Assembly (NCBI GenBank): GCA_040437565.1
Contig: JBDOQK010000001.1
Span: 806,001-870,000, forward strand
From: Albugo candida
Lineage: Eukaryota
Length of the DNA: 64,000 nucleotides
Reading direction: 5' to 3'
Shown one piece after another: positions 23,969-37,322 of the stretch. Positions within the stretch are counted from its first letter, which is position 1; each line of letters begins with the position of its first letter. The position numbers and the translations under genes are program-made. Below the pieces are notes generated by a model. The model was not told the origin of the DNA and ran no database searches. It saw nothing but the letters and a program-made list of their open reading frames with translations.

Positions 23969-26900
23969 TTACTGATCCGTTCGCATCGAAAAGGATGACA
24001 CTTTAACCGAATCGATTCGGCTCTCTCGCTGGAGGATCTCACTCGATGCACAATTCAAATGCGCTGTATCTCTCACTTGTTGCCACAGAAAATCGATATA
24101 TAATTCTTTCCATTCGCTTGCTGAGGCAGCCTGTACTTCATTTGACTCTTGAACCACGCGATGATATCGATTCATTGCTTTGTCCTCTAGAACGAGTATT
24201 TGCTGCTCCAGACGATCGCTCTTTGCCACATGTCGAGATAACACGCAAAGCTCTGCAATGAGCCGATGCAAGCCACCCCAGCCGACTTTTTTCTGGAAAA
24301 TTATATCGAGAAAATATTCATCGCGTTGAAGGCGCTGCACGAGTCCCCACAGAACGAATACGGTCAGCCAGCATTCGGCTTGTTTGTCCTGGAAGGGTAG
24401 TAACGAATCCACCAACTCCAATGATTCTTCCAATTGCGGGTTTGATATATCGTTGATCGAATGAAACAGCGACTGTAGGATGAGCGTATTGTGCTCCAAA
24501 TCATTTTCATCGCGTTGTATCGGAGGCAGCGCGCTTTCCGTCAAATCGAGCGCTTCCAAATGTATTGTCGATTTCAGTATGGAGCTAGAGCTTCGTTCCA
24601 TCGCGGCTTGAACGATGTTCTTCCATAATTGCGAGAACTAGCAGCCGGGATGAGTCATAAGCCATTCTCATTCAGGAGCCTTACCAGAATCTCCAGATTG
24701 CGGTCTTGTAGGGCTGATTTTGCGATAAATTCATCGAGGATAGCTGTGGTCCTTGTAACACAATCAGTTTGGATGTACGCAACATCCGTCAATACTCCAG
24801 CAATCTAAGCAGCATGCGTCAGGCTCACGTCTGATGATAGAGAGCGTACCTGCTTAGGTCGTAGGGTCGAAGAAAGATTGGACGATTCCAAATACGACTT
24901 TACGTCTAAGGTGTAATGTATCAGAAGTTCGTCAAGGATCGTCACAACGGCGCGATGCGCTTTTGGAAGCCTAAATAGCTGACAATGTCATCTCTAGGGG
25001 CATCCGTGAGCCTCTACTTACAAATACGTCGCACATGTCGGAGTCAGAATGCGTTGAGCATCACGAAGGAATTGCTGGATCATTGTGTAAAAGGATCGAG
25101 CACTTTGTGTGAGTTGAATCTCGCTCTCTTCCTTGGTATCGACGCTACGAATCGTATAACCAACAATCTCCCATCTCTCGCGTTTGACTTGGTCGTGAAT
25201 GGAGCGTATAATCGCGGCTTTATAGCTGTTCAAACACGACTGGATGCCGTCTAGAAAATGAGGAGCGAGACAATGTGCAGTTGGTAAGCCAGCTAATTCG
25301 AGCTGACGGGAGCCATAAAACACATTTCGAAGTGCATTGGAGACGAAGCGAGCCATCTCCTTGTGCTCTGTGACGTCAGCGTGAAGACTTCCACGATCTT
25401 GCTGACTTTCAACGCCATCTATTCACCCAACAATTAGCCTCATTGTCTATATAGCCGAGATANNNNNNNNNNNNNNNNNNNNNNNNNNNNNNNNNNNNNN
25501 NNNNNNNNNNNNNNNNNNNNNNNNNNNNNNNNNNNNNNNNNNNNNNNNNNNNNNNNNNNNNNTCTTGCTGACTTTCAACGCCATCTATTCACCCAACAAT
25601 TAGCCTCATTGTCTATATAGCCGAGATACACGTTACCGGATATCCCTGGGAATATATGAAATCGAATTCCCAGTGCAAATCGTTCAAGTTGTGAGGATAT
25701 CCAGGCTGTCAATGCGAGGAAATGGGTGCTTGATTGTCCCTCAAAGCTGTATCATATCACAATGAGATCGATAACCGATCAAAGAATTGCTCGCACCTGT
25801 CCAAGAGGTCTTGATAGCACACGATGATAGTGGAGAAAAACGTTCTTGAGAAATCAATAATGTACCGAAGAGGATCACCGGTGGACGGAACACGACGTAG
25901 TTGTAATGTGATTTGATGAGTATAGTTTCCAAAACACATTTCAGAGGCCACACGAGCTTTCCCGAGCTCAATCAGATAACGAAGATGCTTATCACTTCTA
26001 TGAATTCGCTCAGACGTGTGCATGGACGACGCAAAGTCGTCCTGTAATCGCTGTGTAAAATCTGTTTCCAATCGATCGACCTGAATTTTGAGGGCGCTGT
26101 TGTCCATCGGATCAAGTTGCTTGAACTTTTTTAGATGATGCATGAATTCTTCATACTGCATCGCGTTGAAATACACAAGCAGATCACTGTAAAGTTCTTG
26201 AGCATCTTGATCCTCTTTCTCATCGGGTCTTTTGTGTGATCGAGAGACGCCCTGCTTTGCTGTAATGTTACCTGAGTCTATGCTTAGTTATAAAGGAGGA
26301 GTCCAAGTACGATGCGTGATACCTCGGAGGTCAGAGGACGCATGCTTCAAGGATAGAAGAGAGCGTTTACAATCTACCACAAGCGTTTTAAGCTCAGCCA
26401 TACTGCTCTCCATCTTTTTGATTTCTGTTGAGGCTCGAATGAATGACTGATAGCTGGCGCTGATCTCCTCCTTCATCGCCTCCACGGTCTTTTCCTGCAT
26501 CATCCCACGTGCGTCACCTATGGAAATTTCTTGGTCACAAGTCATACCTTTCTCTCTGCCAATTGTTGGCAGTGGTATTCAAGTCTCTCGCTGGAATGTT
26601 TTCTTAAAATTTCTTCGGCGTATTGTTGTGCATTAAAATCATTGCGACTCATTCGTTCGGTTATGGACTTTGATCGTTTCAGCGCTAATGATCCTCGAAC
26701 TTTCTTCAGATTCTCCGAGTCCTCCTGGAAACGGTACCTTTCGGTCTCATTGTCGTCAAAAGTATGCGAATTTAATGGAAATAAAAGCTTTGCATCGATG
26801 AGAGCCTGAGCCATTTCAATAGCGCGCTCATGGGTCACACCGTATTTTTTTTTGATAAACTGGATGATGAACGATGACGATACAGTTTTACTGATCTGAA

Positions 26901-27476
26901 TTTTTGTCGCCTTCATCATCGCTTCACATAGCTTTGTGAGGTCTTCCAAGGATACTTCTCGATCGGTCGTTGCATGAGCTCCTTGCACACGTTTGGAGGC
27001 CAATTCATCTCCCACTATAATACTTGGAATCTTACATATAGAATCATTCGTGGCATCCGGCATCTCTGGCGCTCGGTACTCATCTGCATCGTCTAGATCA
27101 TTGGCATAACCGATTACAGGCTCGATGGCCCGCACCCAAGCATCACGCTCCGCGCTGTCCGCTGCTCGATACTCCTTCTTCTTTTTGAATAAAACAAGTC
27201 TAAACATTCGTTTTTCTGGATCTGTATCTATGTTTTGAACCGTAATGATATCCAAATTCGCAATAACAGCTCGAGCATCGCCCTTGGAGGAGCTGGTATC
27301 AAAATACATGAAATTTTTTCGTGTCAAAATGAAATATTTCTTTCTCCATCCAATGCGTTTCTACGTATTCCATATATTTACTAATCGAAAAAGGATGCAG
27401 AATAGCAAATGGGTACCTTCTTTTCCAAGTATCCATGACGCAATGCAGCTTTGATCCCTTCTGTCGCTATGACCAT
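23969..27476 (-). CDS. EXO84: Exocyst subunit Exo84-like protein with N-terminal PH and DEP domains, multi-exon, spans N gap
   Basis: ATG 27476. PH domain (GYLEKK/KRIGWRKKYFIL...AERDAWVRAI), DEP domain (HERAIEMAQALIDAKLLFPL...FDDNETERYRF) and Vps51/Exo84 N-terminal motif (DFNAQQYA...YQSFIRASTEIKKMES), then helical rods. Confidence 0.75.
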
Positions 27477-27879
27477 GATGCTTTGTGGATTAGCCAATCG
27501 GAGTTCGATATGACATTCTAAAAGCGTTTTAATTGGCTGTATAAGGTGCTTTGATTATGGTTTGATTGGCTAGAATGAATATGACCTTTCAAGATCGCGC
27601 TTTACGAAGTCCGCATTTAAATAGTCTGTTCAGTCAAATAAGCTCCAAGCGCTTGAAAATTCTATGCGTAATTCTAGATATGTGTGTGCGAAAGAGCTAT
27701 ATAAGCATTGTAAAATTTCAACATAGGTTCCTTCTCTTCTGATGTATACGTCGACGTGACACACTGCGAATACATTTTTTTCCTCACTTCTGAAGAGCAA
27801 TCCGATTTGACTCCTAGGATACCCGAGATAAAAATATTTTTCAGCCAGAACGTCGAATTATCATTCCGTTGTAGTTACA

Positions 27880-28990
27880 ATGGCGGATGAGAACTTTCGA
27901 GAGCTGATTTTTTCTTCATTTTAAGGCTTCGGAATGGCTCGCTGTTTGTCCAAAGAAGTGTTAGATCCATGGAGAAATCTTTTCAAAAAGATCATGAAAC
28001 CGTACAGTCTTCCCATTCATGTCGAGGTCTTGGAACATTTGAGATAAGTACATAGCTGGAGAATTTGGACCACGTGAAGGCAACCTTCGATATCATCTTT
28101 CATTTGACGCCACGTCGTTGTTCGATCATTCCAACTATTTCTGATGTCTTGTATCGTGACATCCTATGATGTAATGAGGAGTGATGTGCTTTTCTCAATT
28201 TTACTATTCGAATATTTGACCGTCGACATCCGATAAGCGATCTGCTTCATCGTGTCCGGCACCGGGTCAACCGAATGCGCATAAAGTTACATCGGTAGCT
28301 CTGGTTAGGGTGTTTCATACCTTCTCAACGAATCCACACACCAGCAGAAAATACTTTGCCTGCTGATGGTGTTCAGATGGATGCTTTGCGGATCCTGTGA
28401 TGACTTTTAGCGATGGCTTGCAAAAAATAGGAATCTCTCCCCTGTACATTTCCACATTTCAAATCTAGTAACTTCATAGAATAACAATCTCTGATGCCAT
28501 AATTCCAATCGAAAGTCGTGAACAATCACTTCTGCGTCCATAGTTCCATGCGCGAGTCGCTAAGTCGGTCGATGGAAAGCAACCATTGGAAATCGCTCTA
28601 GCCAACGCAAAGATTGCGGCCGTACATTTCTCCATACACTTTTTCCTTCCAAACGTATAACGACCTGACGATCCAGGAGAAATTACTTACCAGAGAAACT
28701 CCTTTTTCATATGTTGACGAACGCTTAGACCAATTAAGTCACCAGCTCGTATTGACCATCCCTGTCTTCGATCTTGCCCTGATTCGGCACGTACAGAAAC
28801 GAAATGCGTTCTCGATTAATTGCGCGGATGCGAAGTTTATGCATCTATGCCTCAACCATTGTCTCGATGTTGACCTTTACTGCTTCAAAATCGTCTGATC
28901 AATCATTGCACTTTTTCGAAATTGTATCCATCCATGGTCAGCATCACATCACTGACAGCTTTTTCACGCTCTTGTGTCTCGTCTAGCCGT
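27880..28990 (-). pseudogene. Heavily decayed coding relic of unknown family
   Basis: Protein-like fragments broken by stops and frameshifts on the minus strand (LDETQEREKAVSDV..., RERISFLYVPNQGKIEDR, SGK*FLLDR). The family is not recognised. Confidence 0.25.
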
Positions 28991-29147
28991 CGTAATTCAC
29001 GAAAAATTCTACATGATCTTAAGCCAGAATAGTACTATCGGTCTGAATCCTGTCCCAATCAGAGCAAATGGCTTGTCCCGTGAGTAGCTTTTCGATATTT
29101 ATTTTGAATTCGAAAATACATGAGAACAATCAAAACCAATCATCACA

Positions 29148-29732
29148 ATGATATTTCAGATTCTTCTGGCATCGTACCTACTCCTTATCGCCAGTATATT
29201 GCTGTATAACCAAGCACGCACGTTCTTGGCTTTTCTGAAAGTGCGTGCAGATGACAAAGAGGCTTGTGAGGAGACCAGACCGAGCCGGCATCGATGCTTC
29301 AGGTGGATAAAAAGACAGTATGAGATAACTAAGGATAAACTCTTGCCTTATTGTGGCTTGGATACGCTCACACTTTCCGCTTTTAGCGCGTCGGCAGAAA
29401 ATCCTAGTTGTTATACCATCTTCGCGCTAATTTCGGTCTATTAAAGCGAAAAGATGGAAAAAGAAATGCTTCTCCAATGCGAAGACTGGGCTTGTATGTG
29501 CTCACGCATATCGACGTAGCAAATAATGACGTTGGTCTGTGGGCCCTCACGTCGTATTCTCGTGTTTTGTGGTATAAGATGTATTTGCTTCGGGCTGGGT
29601 ACAAAGATATTCAAGTTGATGTGGAATCTGAACAAATTGAAAACTGAACAGAAAAAAGAAAAGAAGCTGCAAAGTAGATTTGAACTGGATGCAAATGCAG
29701 CTAACGCTGACCCGAGCACCAGTAATAACTAG
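29148..29732 (+). pseudogene. OSCA/TMEM63 (CSC1-like) channel fragment 1
   Basis: An N-terminal TM, then FRWIKRQYEITKDKLLPYCGLDTLT, and after a frameshift NNDVGLWALT...YLLRAGYK. This matches the RSN1_TM region; it is frameshifted and truncated. Confidence 0.65.
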
Positions 29733-29753
29733 TGTGTCCATCTTTAACGGCTA

Positions 29754-30330
29754 ATGGCTGTTGAATTTCTACCGCTTGAGGATAGCATGTCGGTAATTAG
29801 GTCCACGCATGACGTACGGAGCAAGCGATGGCAAAAAAGCGAGTTGATGACTTGGCTGGGTTCGGATGGTACTAACTGCTCAAATTATGGATCGTTGTGG
29901 TCTAGAATTTTTCGCTACTTACCCTGGTTTGCGCGATATCTTACAACTACTCTACGCGACCGAAAATGGTTTGAGTGCATCGGATCCGCTGATGAAAATC
30001 ACAATGAAGTACGTATCTGTCTACAGCAAGAATCTTGGGCGTCTGTTGCCTGCACATTCTTACTCTGATCATACGCGCTATATTACTGGAGTAGAAAAAA
30101 GATTCTTCGTCGATCGGCGACATGAGACTGTATCTGCCTCCATGTCTGCTCAATGTACGTTAGTGATGCATGGTCTACCGATGCAACGACGCGTTCAACG
30201 CCCAAACGTCCATCCGGGTAGCTGGTCGTGAGCGAAATCAAGATGAGTGAAAGTTCACTACAGAAGCTGGCTCGAGCTGTCAAGGAATATGACCATGGCT
30301 TTTTTGTCACTAGCTTTCGATTCGTACTTC
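29754..30330 (+). pseudogene. OSCA/TMEM63 (CSC1-like) channel fragment 2
   Basis: IMDRCGLEFF, DPLMKITM, (other frame) SWASVACTF and FVDRRHETVS...QCTLVMHGLP correspond to successive CSC1 N-terminal motifs. Multiple frameshifts. Confidence 0.55.
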
Positions 30331-30949
30331 ACCAACGGACCGCACCGAAAAGCATCTTAGAGATACATATAAGTACATAGAAGATGGAGGAGCGGTTGAC
30401 GTAAAACAAATGCTGGAAAGAGGAACAGAGCTCGATGTTAGTCCAGTGTACGTACAAAGGACCGTAAATCCTACACCACGTTTCAAAAATGGTCATCAGG
30501 AAGAACACATGAGAAAGTGGCAATTTCTAACGCTTACTCACTCAACTGATGGAGAGGTAAAAGAGCCGGTCAATTGACTCGTCCTGCTGCTGTCGTTAGG
30601 TATACGAATATTTGTAGTAACTTGATTAGTTATATTACAATGATTAGGCCAGGCAGTGTTGTATATGTATATGTGATACAATCTGGCGAATGTAATTCGT
30701 CAAAATGGCTAAAAAAGCTTGCTCGATTTTAATATGAAATCTGAGCCATAATGGATGCAAGGGCCAAAAGCCTGTTTCAAAGCAGCGCGGAGATTACTGC
30801 AGACAGTTCGCTAGTGTGTATCCAAAGCGCATGGTTCTTGATCGAGTCANNNNNNNNNNNNNNNNNNNNNNNNNNNNNNNNNNNNNNNNNNNNNNNNNNN
30901 NNNNNNNNNNNNNNNNNNNNNNNNNNNNNNNNNNNNNNNNNNNNNNNNN

Positions 30950-31850
30950 ACTCTACGCGACCGAAAATGGTTTGAGTGCATCGGATCCGCTGATGAAAAT
31001 CACAATGAAGTACGTATCTGTCTACAGCAAGAATCTTGGGCGTCTGTTGCCTGCACATTCTTACTCTGATCATACGCGCTATATTACTGGAGTAGAAAAA
31101 AGATTCTTCGTCGATCGGCGACATGAGACTGTATCTGCCTCCATGTCTGCTCAATGTACGTTAGTGATGCATGGTCTACCGATGCAACGACGCGTTCAAC
31201 GCCCAAACGTCCATCCGGGTAGCTGGTCGTGAGCGAAATCAAGATGAGTGAAAGTTCACTACAGAAGCTGGCTCGAGCTGTCAAGGAATATGACCATGGC
31301 TTTTTTGTCACTAGCTTTCGATTCGTACTTCACCAACGGACCGCACCGAAAAGCATCTTAGAGATACATATAAGTACATAGAAGATGGAGGAGCGGTTGA
31401 CGTAAAACAAATGCTGGAAAGAGGAACAGAGCTCGATGTTAGTCCAGTGTACGTACAAAGGACCGTAAATCCTACACCACGTTTCAAAAATGGTCATCAG
31501 GAAGAACACATGAGAAAGTGGCAATTTCTAACGCTTACTCACTCAACTGATGGAGAGGTAAAAGAGCCGGTCAATTGACTCGTCCTGCTGCTGTCGTTAG
31601 GTATACGAATATTTGTAGTAACTTGATTAGTTATATTACAATGATTAGGCCAGGCAGTGTTGTATATGTATATGTGATACAATCTGGCGAATGTAATTCG
31701 TCAAAATGGCTAAAAAAGCTTGCTCGATTTTAATATGAAATCTGAGCCATAATGGATGCAAGGGCCAAAAGCCTGTTTCAAAGCAGCGCGGAGATTACTG
31801 CAGACAGTTCGCTAGTGTGTATCCAAAGCGCATGGTTCTTGATCGAGTCA
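30950..31850. repeat. Direct duplicate of 29949-30849 across N gap (assembly overlap)
   Basis: Sequence after the gap restarts at an offset of 1001 nt and yields identical ORFs. Confidence 0.9.
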
Positions 31851-33856
31851 GTGAATCTCATTGACGGGCCAGGTGCAGTATCTTCTTTTTTGTCAGAGAC
31901 GACGATCACTGTCGCATCATCAAGCTGCTTCGGTGTGACGCGAGAGTGGAATAGCTTCGGTACAAAGCCATGACATTTAATGCCGACACATTTGAGTTGA
32001 TCACATTGATATCAACCCAGATACGTTGTCTAAAACGAACATTGTCTTGCGTACTTAATCGCCAATATCCGGTACATCGACCCGCTTGGTCAGGTGCCAT
32101 CATTCGAATACAATGTTCGATAGTATTTCCAAGAGCAATGTGTCGGGCCAACGCAGTGTCGGGTGCCTGTAATCTATCAATCTTGGTCGCATATTAGACG
32201 TACTCGTTGCGGCGTTACCATCAAATCACAACGGATGAATATCAGGTAGAGATGGTCAACGACCCAACTTACAGTAGGGCCAGGATTGCGAGTTTTCCAA
32301 ATCTTGTCAGATGGATATTTCGAAGGAAGTACCGTTCCGTCTGGACACGTCACACCCTCTTCAAAATCGTGAAACATGCATCTTTACTTCTTCCGCTTCT
32401 TTATTTGTAATATGTTCGATAAAGTCGCATGACGGCAAATTTCAGCAATTGTTACGAAATGCATGATTCGGGTCACGTGAGCGAGTGATTGTGGGCACTC
32501 TGCAATAAGATCATATCCAAAAGTCGATGATATTGGGCATTTCGCATCTCCGCGATGATGTCCCCTTACTTTTACGAGTCGCAGGTCATTCTTCTCTGTT
32601 TGAGAGAATTGAGCGTCGCCATTGTAATATCGCTTCTTGTGAGGTCACTTTTTGCATCAGAACCTTGAAGCTCTTGATTGGTTAACCCGATGATACGATA
32701 ATGCGGCCAAGAAAAAAATTTGCCAAGGTTAACACTGGATAATAGATACCCGTGCTCACTTCCTATATTGGTGCCGGTGAAGAGAATACTCGATACGCTG
32801 GTGTGCCTAAGAAGCCCAAACCGATCACTTTGAAGGCCACGAACACGAACTTGAGTGACTGGATGCATTCATAGACACCAGGTAACAACTATGATGGCTG
32901 CCAAGCTTATATAATCGCTGGGAACGAAGCCGTGGAGTTGATCAGTTATAAGATCGCTTGGGATTATTGATAGCAGGTGTTGTCTATGACGCGTTTACGA
33001 TCAGTAAGAGACATGTTGAAGCGATCATTGAGCGAAAAAATGAGATCTGAGCTTGATCGATCGCTATTGCAGAGCTTTTGCGGTCAGGAAGAACATTGTT
33101 TGTTTGAAGCGTGGATTACTCATATGATAACATTTTCGCAAAGCACCAAACTGTTGCAATTACTGTCGCATCTACCCCTGTTATTATAGTGTGTTACCAT
33201 TTCTCAAGCCTTCAGCAAAAATTGTCAGCATTTACCACGGAATTCCTTATGCATTATCACAAGCATTCTATCAACAGCATCGTACAATGAGACTCGGCGT
33301 CTCACGACACACTGCAAAAAGGTAACAAGGGAGTTCTTTTATACTGGAGCGGATAAGCATAGTCTTCAAGTGCTGGATATACAAAAAATTCACATAAAAT
33401 AATTGTCAACTATCTCACTCTCATGCGTATACCTAGGTCTTGACCAATAATTCCTAATACTCTCCTTCGGAATGAGGAGAAACATCTGAGCCTTGCATGA
33501 ACTCGTGTTCGCGACAAGTCTCAACCGTCAATCGTCAACAGTCAACTGTCTGCCTAAATTATTACCTCACAGCCAACAGTGTCGCCTAAAAAATGCCAAC
33601 ATCGTCTTTAATCGCGCAGTATAAATTCTGCACGCGCATTCTTATGGAATTCGATCTCCGAGTAGTGAATACTAAACACGGATAAGAAAGCATGAGTCTA
33701 CTCAGATCAGCTCTCAGAGGGCACTAAGTTCTAAGTTTCTTCGGACAAGAAACTTGTAAAGCATACGGTACAGCAGAACAGATAACCGAAATTAAAAAAA
33801 AAGAAAAACCAAAGAGAACAAATAACTGAAACTCATAAAAAGAAAACCAGAGAGCA

Positions 33857-34412
33857 ATGGTGGAGTTGACCTTGACGTGTCTTATTGTTGGTCATGGAGC
33901 GGTACTTTCGATTGAGATTGATGGTGGTAGGCAGGTACATTTTCTGAAGAAAGAAATTGTGAAGGAGGGAATGTACGATTTTCCTGCACATGAACTGACA
34001 CTNNNNNNNNNNNNNNNNNNNNNNNNNNNNNNNNNNNNNNNNNNNNNNNNNNNNNNNNNNNNNNNNNNNNNNNNNNNNNNNNNNNNNNNNNNNNNNNNNN
34101 NNGATCGAAGAAGATGACAAGGAGACTGTAAGCAATGCCGCTTTTTTAGATGATTCGGACGGGGTAAAACAGAACCAAAAAGCTGAAAAGGGTGATTTCG
34201 AAGACAAACAAACAGAGGTGGAGAAGGTTCTGATTCACTTATGTCTAAGCTGTACCAGAAGGAGATGGTGGTGGTACCTCGGAAGAGAAAAGTGGAAGCG
34301 GAAAAAGACCTCGATAAATTATAGGTTCATAGATTTGAAGCACATCGATCCTTGCAGCTGGAGGAGAAAGAAATTCGCTAGAGGCGTTCAGGAATCTCTA
34401 CCCAGTCGCTAG
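33857..34412 (+). CDS. Crinkler (CRN) effector, N-terminus and 3' tail only; middle lost in N gap
   Basis: MVELTLTCLIVGHGAVLSIEID...VHFLKKEIVKE...FPAHELTL is a CRN ubiquitin-like header, cut by the gap just before the LxLAK motif. The post-gap tail is homologous to that of the CRN at 55485. Confidence 0.8.
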
Positions 34413-35310
34413 AGTGCAAACCAATACTGAGCTTCGTTCATCGGTTTTTAATCATGAAAAATGAGTCAGTTTGTCCTCTTGCACTAATTTGTGTTGACAC
34501 CTCTTGAACGAGCTTTGTTGGTCAGGAATCGCCTCCTTCCTCGTCACGAAGGCATAGCTTCTTCCTGCTGCTGCTTTTTGATTGAGTTACATTGCTCCTG
34601 GATAGTGGAGACTAAATTCATTCTAGCAGCTGATACGCTTGGAAATGACTCAAGTTCTTGTTCGAACTGCTGTGATTCCTGCAGTCTTGCTTCCATCCTC
34701 TGATGGGTAGCCAGCGGCAAAATTTCGCCTTTTCCTTCCTGCTACTCGAAGGCTCTTTCACGTGAGCGGAAAGGGTGAAATCGTCTGTGAGCTACAGGGT
34801 TGCATACACATTGTAATTGTGCGCATCGAAAGAGGACGTATCACACGTTCCTTTCATGTGAAGTGTAGCTACGGATCGATACGTTTACAGATTCGATGAT
34901 GGGTCTGCTTCAAGCAGCCTTTTTTTCAAATGTTTGTTCACTCTAAAAATCGTATGTTGAAACTGATGGAAGTGACGAGCCCATTTATAAGTCGATTGCA
35001 GATGCAGATCCAAAGATTACAATCTGAATAGAGGGAATCGGCAGCTTGTAGGTAGATTACTTTGTTGCAAATGATAACGGCTGTGAGATTTAGAAAAATG
35101 CGACGTTATCTTGATTTAATGCATCCGACAAGATTTCTTTGCTTCTTTTATGGCTTAATCTCGTAAGACATGTGCACTTCAGTTGCGTTTTTCTGATCAA
35201 ATATATCAAAAAGATGTGTTATCAATGAACTTTGCTCGCTTTAGTCTTCGAACAAGAAATTGACTGTCGCGTAGTTCATCGCAAGTCTTTCATATCTTCT
35301 TAGTGATGGA
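34103..35310 (+). repeat. Left arm of diverged inverted duplication (CRN tail, 3' flank and start of downstream relic)
   Basis: 34103 GATCGAAGAAGATGACAAGG... is the reverse complement of sequence ending at 53877. Similarity continues with substitutions and indels, e.g. GAAAAATGCGACGTTAT and GACATGTGCACTTC occur in both arms. Confidence 0.88.
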
Positions 35311-36110
35311 GCCACTCATTTATAGACTTCTCTGTGTAAAATACCCACTTATGAAATGTTCTAGAATCCTCTGACAGCTGAAAAACTCGAAAGCAGATTA
35401 CATCAAGTCTCCTTGCATGATGCCCTGGTATACCTCATAACCTAGGTGCTTAGACTGCTTACATGAGATGTTCAAACCTTATGGAGAATCCTGCGGGTTT
35501 GCGGTGCTGCAATTGAATTGCGCGAACAATCTGATGCACCAGTCATATATGCTACGAATGTCATATTTTCCCCGGTGCAAGGTACAACAAATAGCTTGCG
35601 ATTTGTCTACGAGCATTTACTTAGCTGCTGTATGGCTTATTTGATAACGACACACAGTTTATCCTCGTCATACGCTCAGACAATATCCTTGATTACGTAA
35701 CAATAAGCGCTCAGTATGCACTATGAACCACATTGATCTTGAATAATATTTCAGCCGATGAAGACCAAATCTCACTCGGAGGTCACTAACTGCGTAGAGC
35801 CAGACTTCGAGGCTCATTGGGTCTACACATCTGAACTGACTATTGAAGCGAGTATGGAAAAACATGGCACTCCTTTACAATGATTGAAGAAACTGTCTAT
35901 ATCTATCATTTCATGATCAATTTAACGCGGCCTGAGATATTACACGTTTCCATGCATTTATTCACGAGACCAGGCTACCAGATATTTCCCACTCATTTGC
36001 AATATTTTGAAAAGGAAACCTGGATCCATAGTATGTGCCAAATGATTTATTCTGCTACACTAATTTCTGTTTATAAAGATAGCAAAGCTTCGAGTGTTGA
36101 GTTTTCATCT
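35119..36110 (+). pseudogene. Decayed secreted-protein gene, CHXC/CCG-like
   Basis: Leader MHPTRFLCFFYGLIS, then after frameshifts AAG ATG TGT TAT CAA TGA (K-M-C-Y-Q-stop) at 35211-35228. Broken Cys-bearing fragments follow. Confidence 0.35.
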
Positions 36111-37078
36111 TGATTGCAAGACTCGTACACTGCCAGTACGAGATCCGGATCGAACCCCATAGCGATTATCTACAAGAGAAGATGGTCAATTTAGGTCATG
36201 GATGCCAAAAAATTCATTACCCTTTGCAACGCATCCGAATCTTCCACTGATTGCCGCTGACGATGAGAACAGGAGCTATCGGTAACAGCCTTTCGACCGC
36301 CTTGATTTGTCCTAACATCAAAATGCTTATTCACATTGATCGGAAGCTTTAAGAACGCCAGTGTAGTTATGGGAATTTTCACGAGTTGATCAAGCAGCTC
36401 ATCTCCAAATAGCTCATGCATGGTAGTAAAAGCCTTAGAAATTTGCATTTTTCGTGTTTGGAGACGCCATTCCAAAAGCTGATGATAATATCGTATGTCA
36501 TAGAGCACATGTTTCATTGGTCCTAGGTTAGGATATCTATGAATCACCTCATCAATTTCGGCGATGTGAGCGTTTAGTGCGCTATCCTTGCCATTTTCAT
36601 CGTTCTCTGTTGCCAAGAAGGCGATTGCATCTTCTACAATGGTGCATTGGGGTAGAATTCCTCGCACGGATTGTTCCGAAAATCCCATTTCCAACAAAGT
36701 ATTCATTAGATTGCTTTTATCTGACAATGGAGTGGTTTGCGGTAATGCTGGTCTTGGACTGGATTGTACGTGATTGTCTTGCGTGACTACGAGGAAGTCG
36801 TTGCTGGATAAAGCGTATAAATCTATGATTTCACAATCTGCCAGAATCTGACCGCGTAGTACAACCAGCCAGCGAGAACTTTCATTTGCATCCCGTTTTC
36901 GAGCATTCGATGCAACCAAATATAACTTATAAATTTCGTCTAACAAATTCTCCTTCAATGCATAAACCGCTACTCGGTGCTCCGTATCTGCACATCGTAC
37001 ATTTATTTCTGCGACGCCGCTTTTCTTTGCTTTAGTGGAGTCGTTATAGCAATCGACATATCTGGCACAAATTTGCAT
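36071..37078 (-). CDS. UBL-UBA-UBA (Rad23-like) ubiquitin shuttle protein
   Basis: Ubiquitin-like N-domain (LVVLRGQILAD) and UBA1 (LLEMGFSEQSV). A spliced final exon gives UBA2 (IIAMGFDPDLVLAVYESCNQDENSTLEALLSL*), ending at 36071. Confidence 0.75.
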
Positions 37079-37322
37079 CTACTCCTGTGGTCAACTTCAC
37101 TGGCAAAATACGGTGGTATGGTATACTGAGAAATTGCTACTTCTTTTTGCCGCAAAGTACGGTACTAAAAGACACCGCAATGAGCTCATGATTATCAATG
37201 ATCTGTGTCACAACGGTAAAAGAGCAGTCTTGTAGCATAAAAAAACTAATCATACGGTCGTGTGTTGCAATTTACGACTTGTATCGAGAAAGCATGCTCA
37301 ATCTTATTATCATTTCAATATG

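Noticed and set aside
31640-33330. Possible further decayed Cys-containing secreted gene upstream of the left CRN
   Set aside because: Only scattered short fragments, with no clear CHxC or intact leader; too degraded to call.
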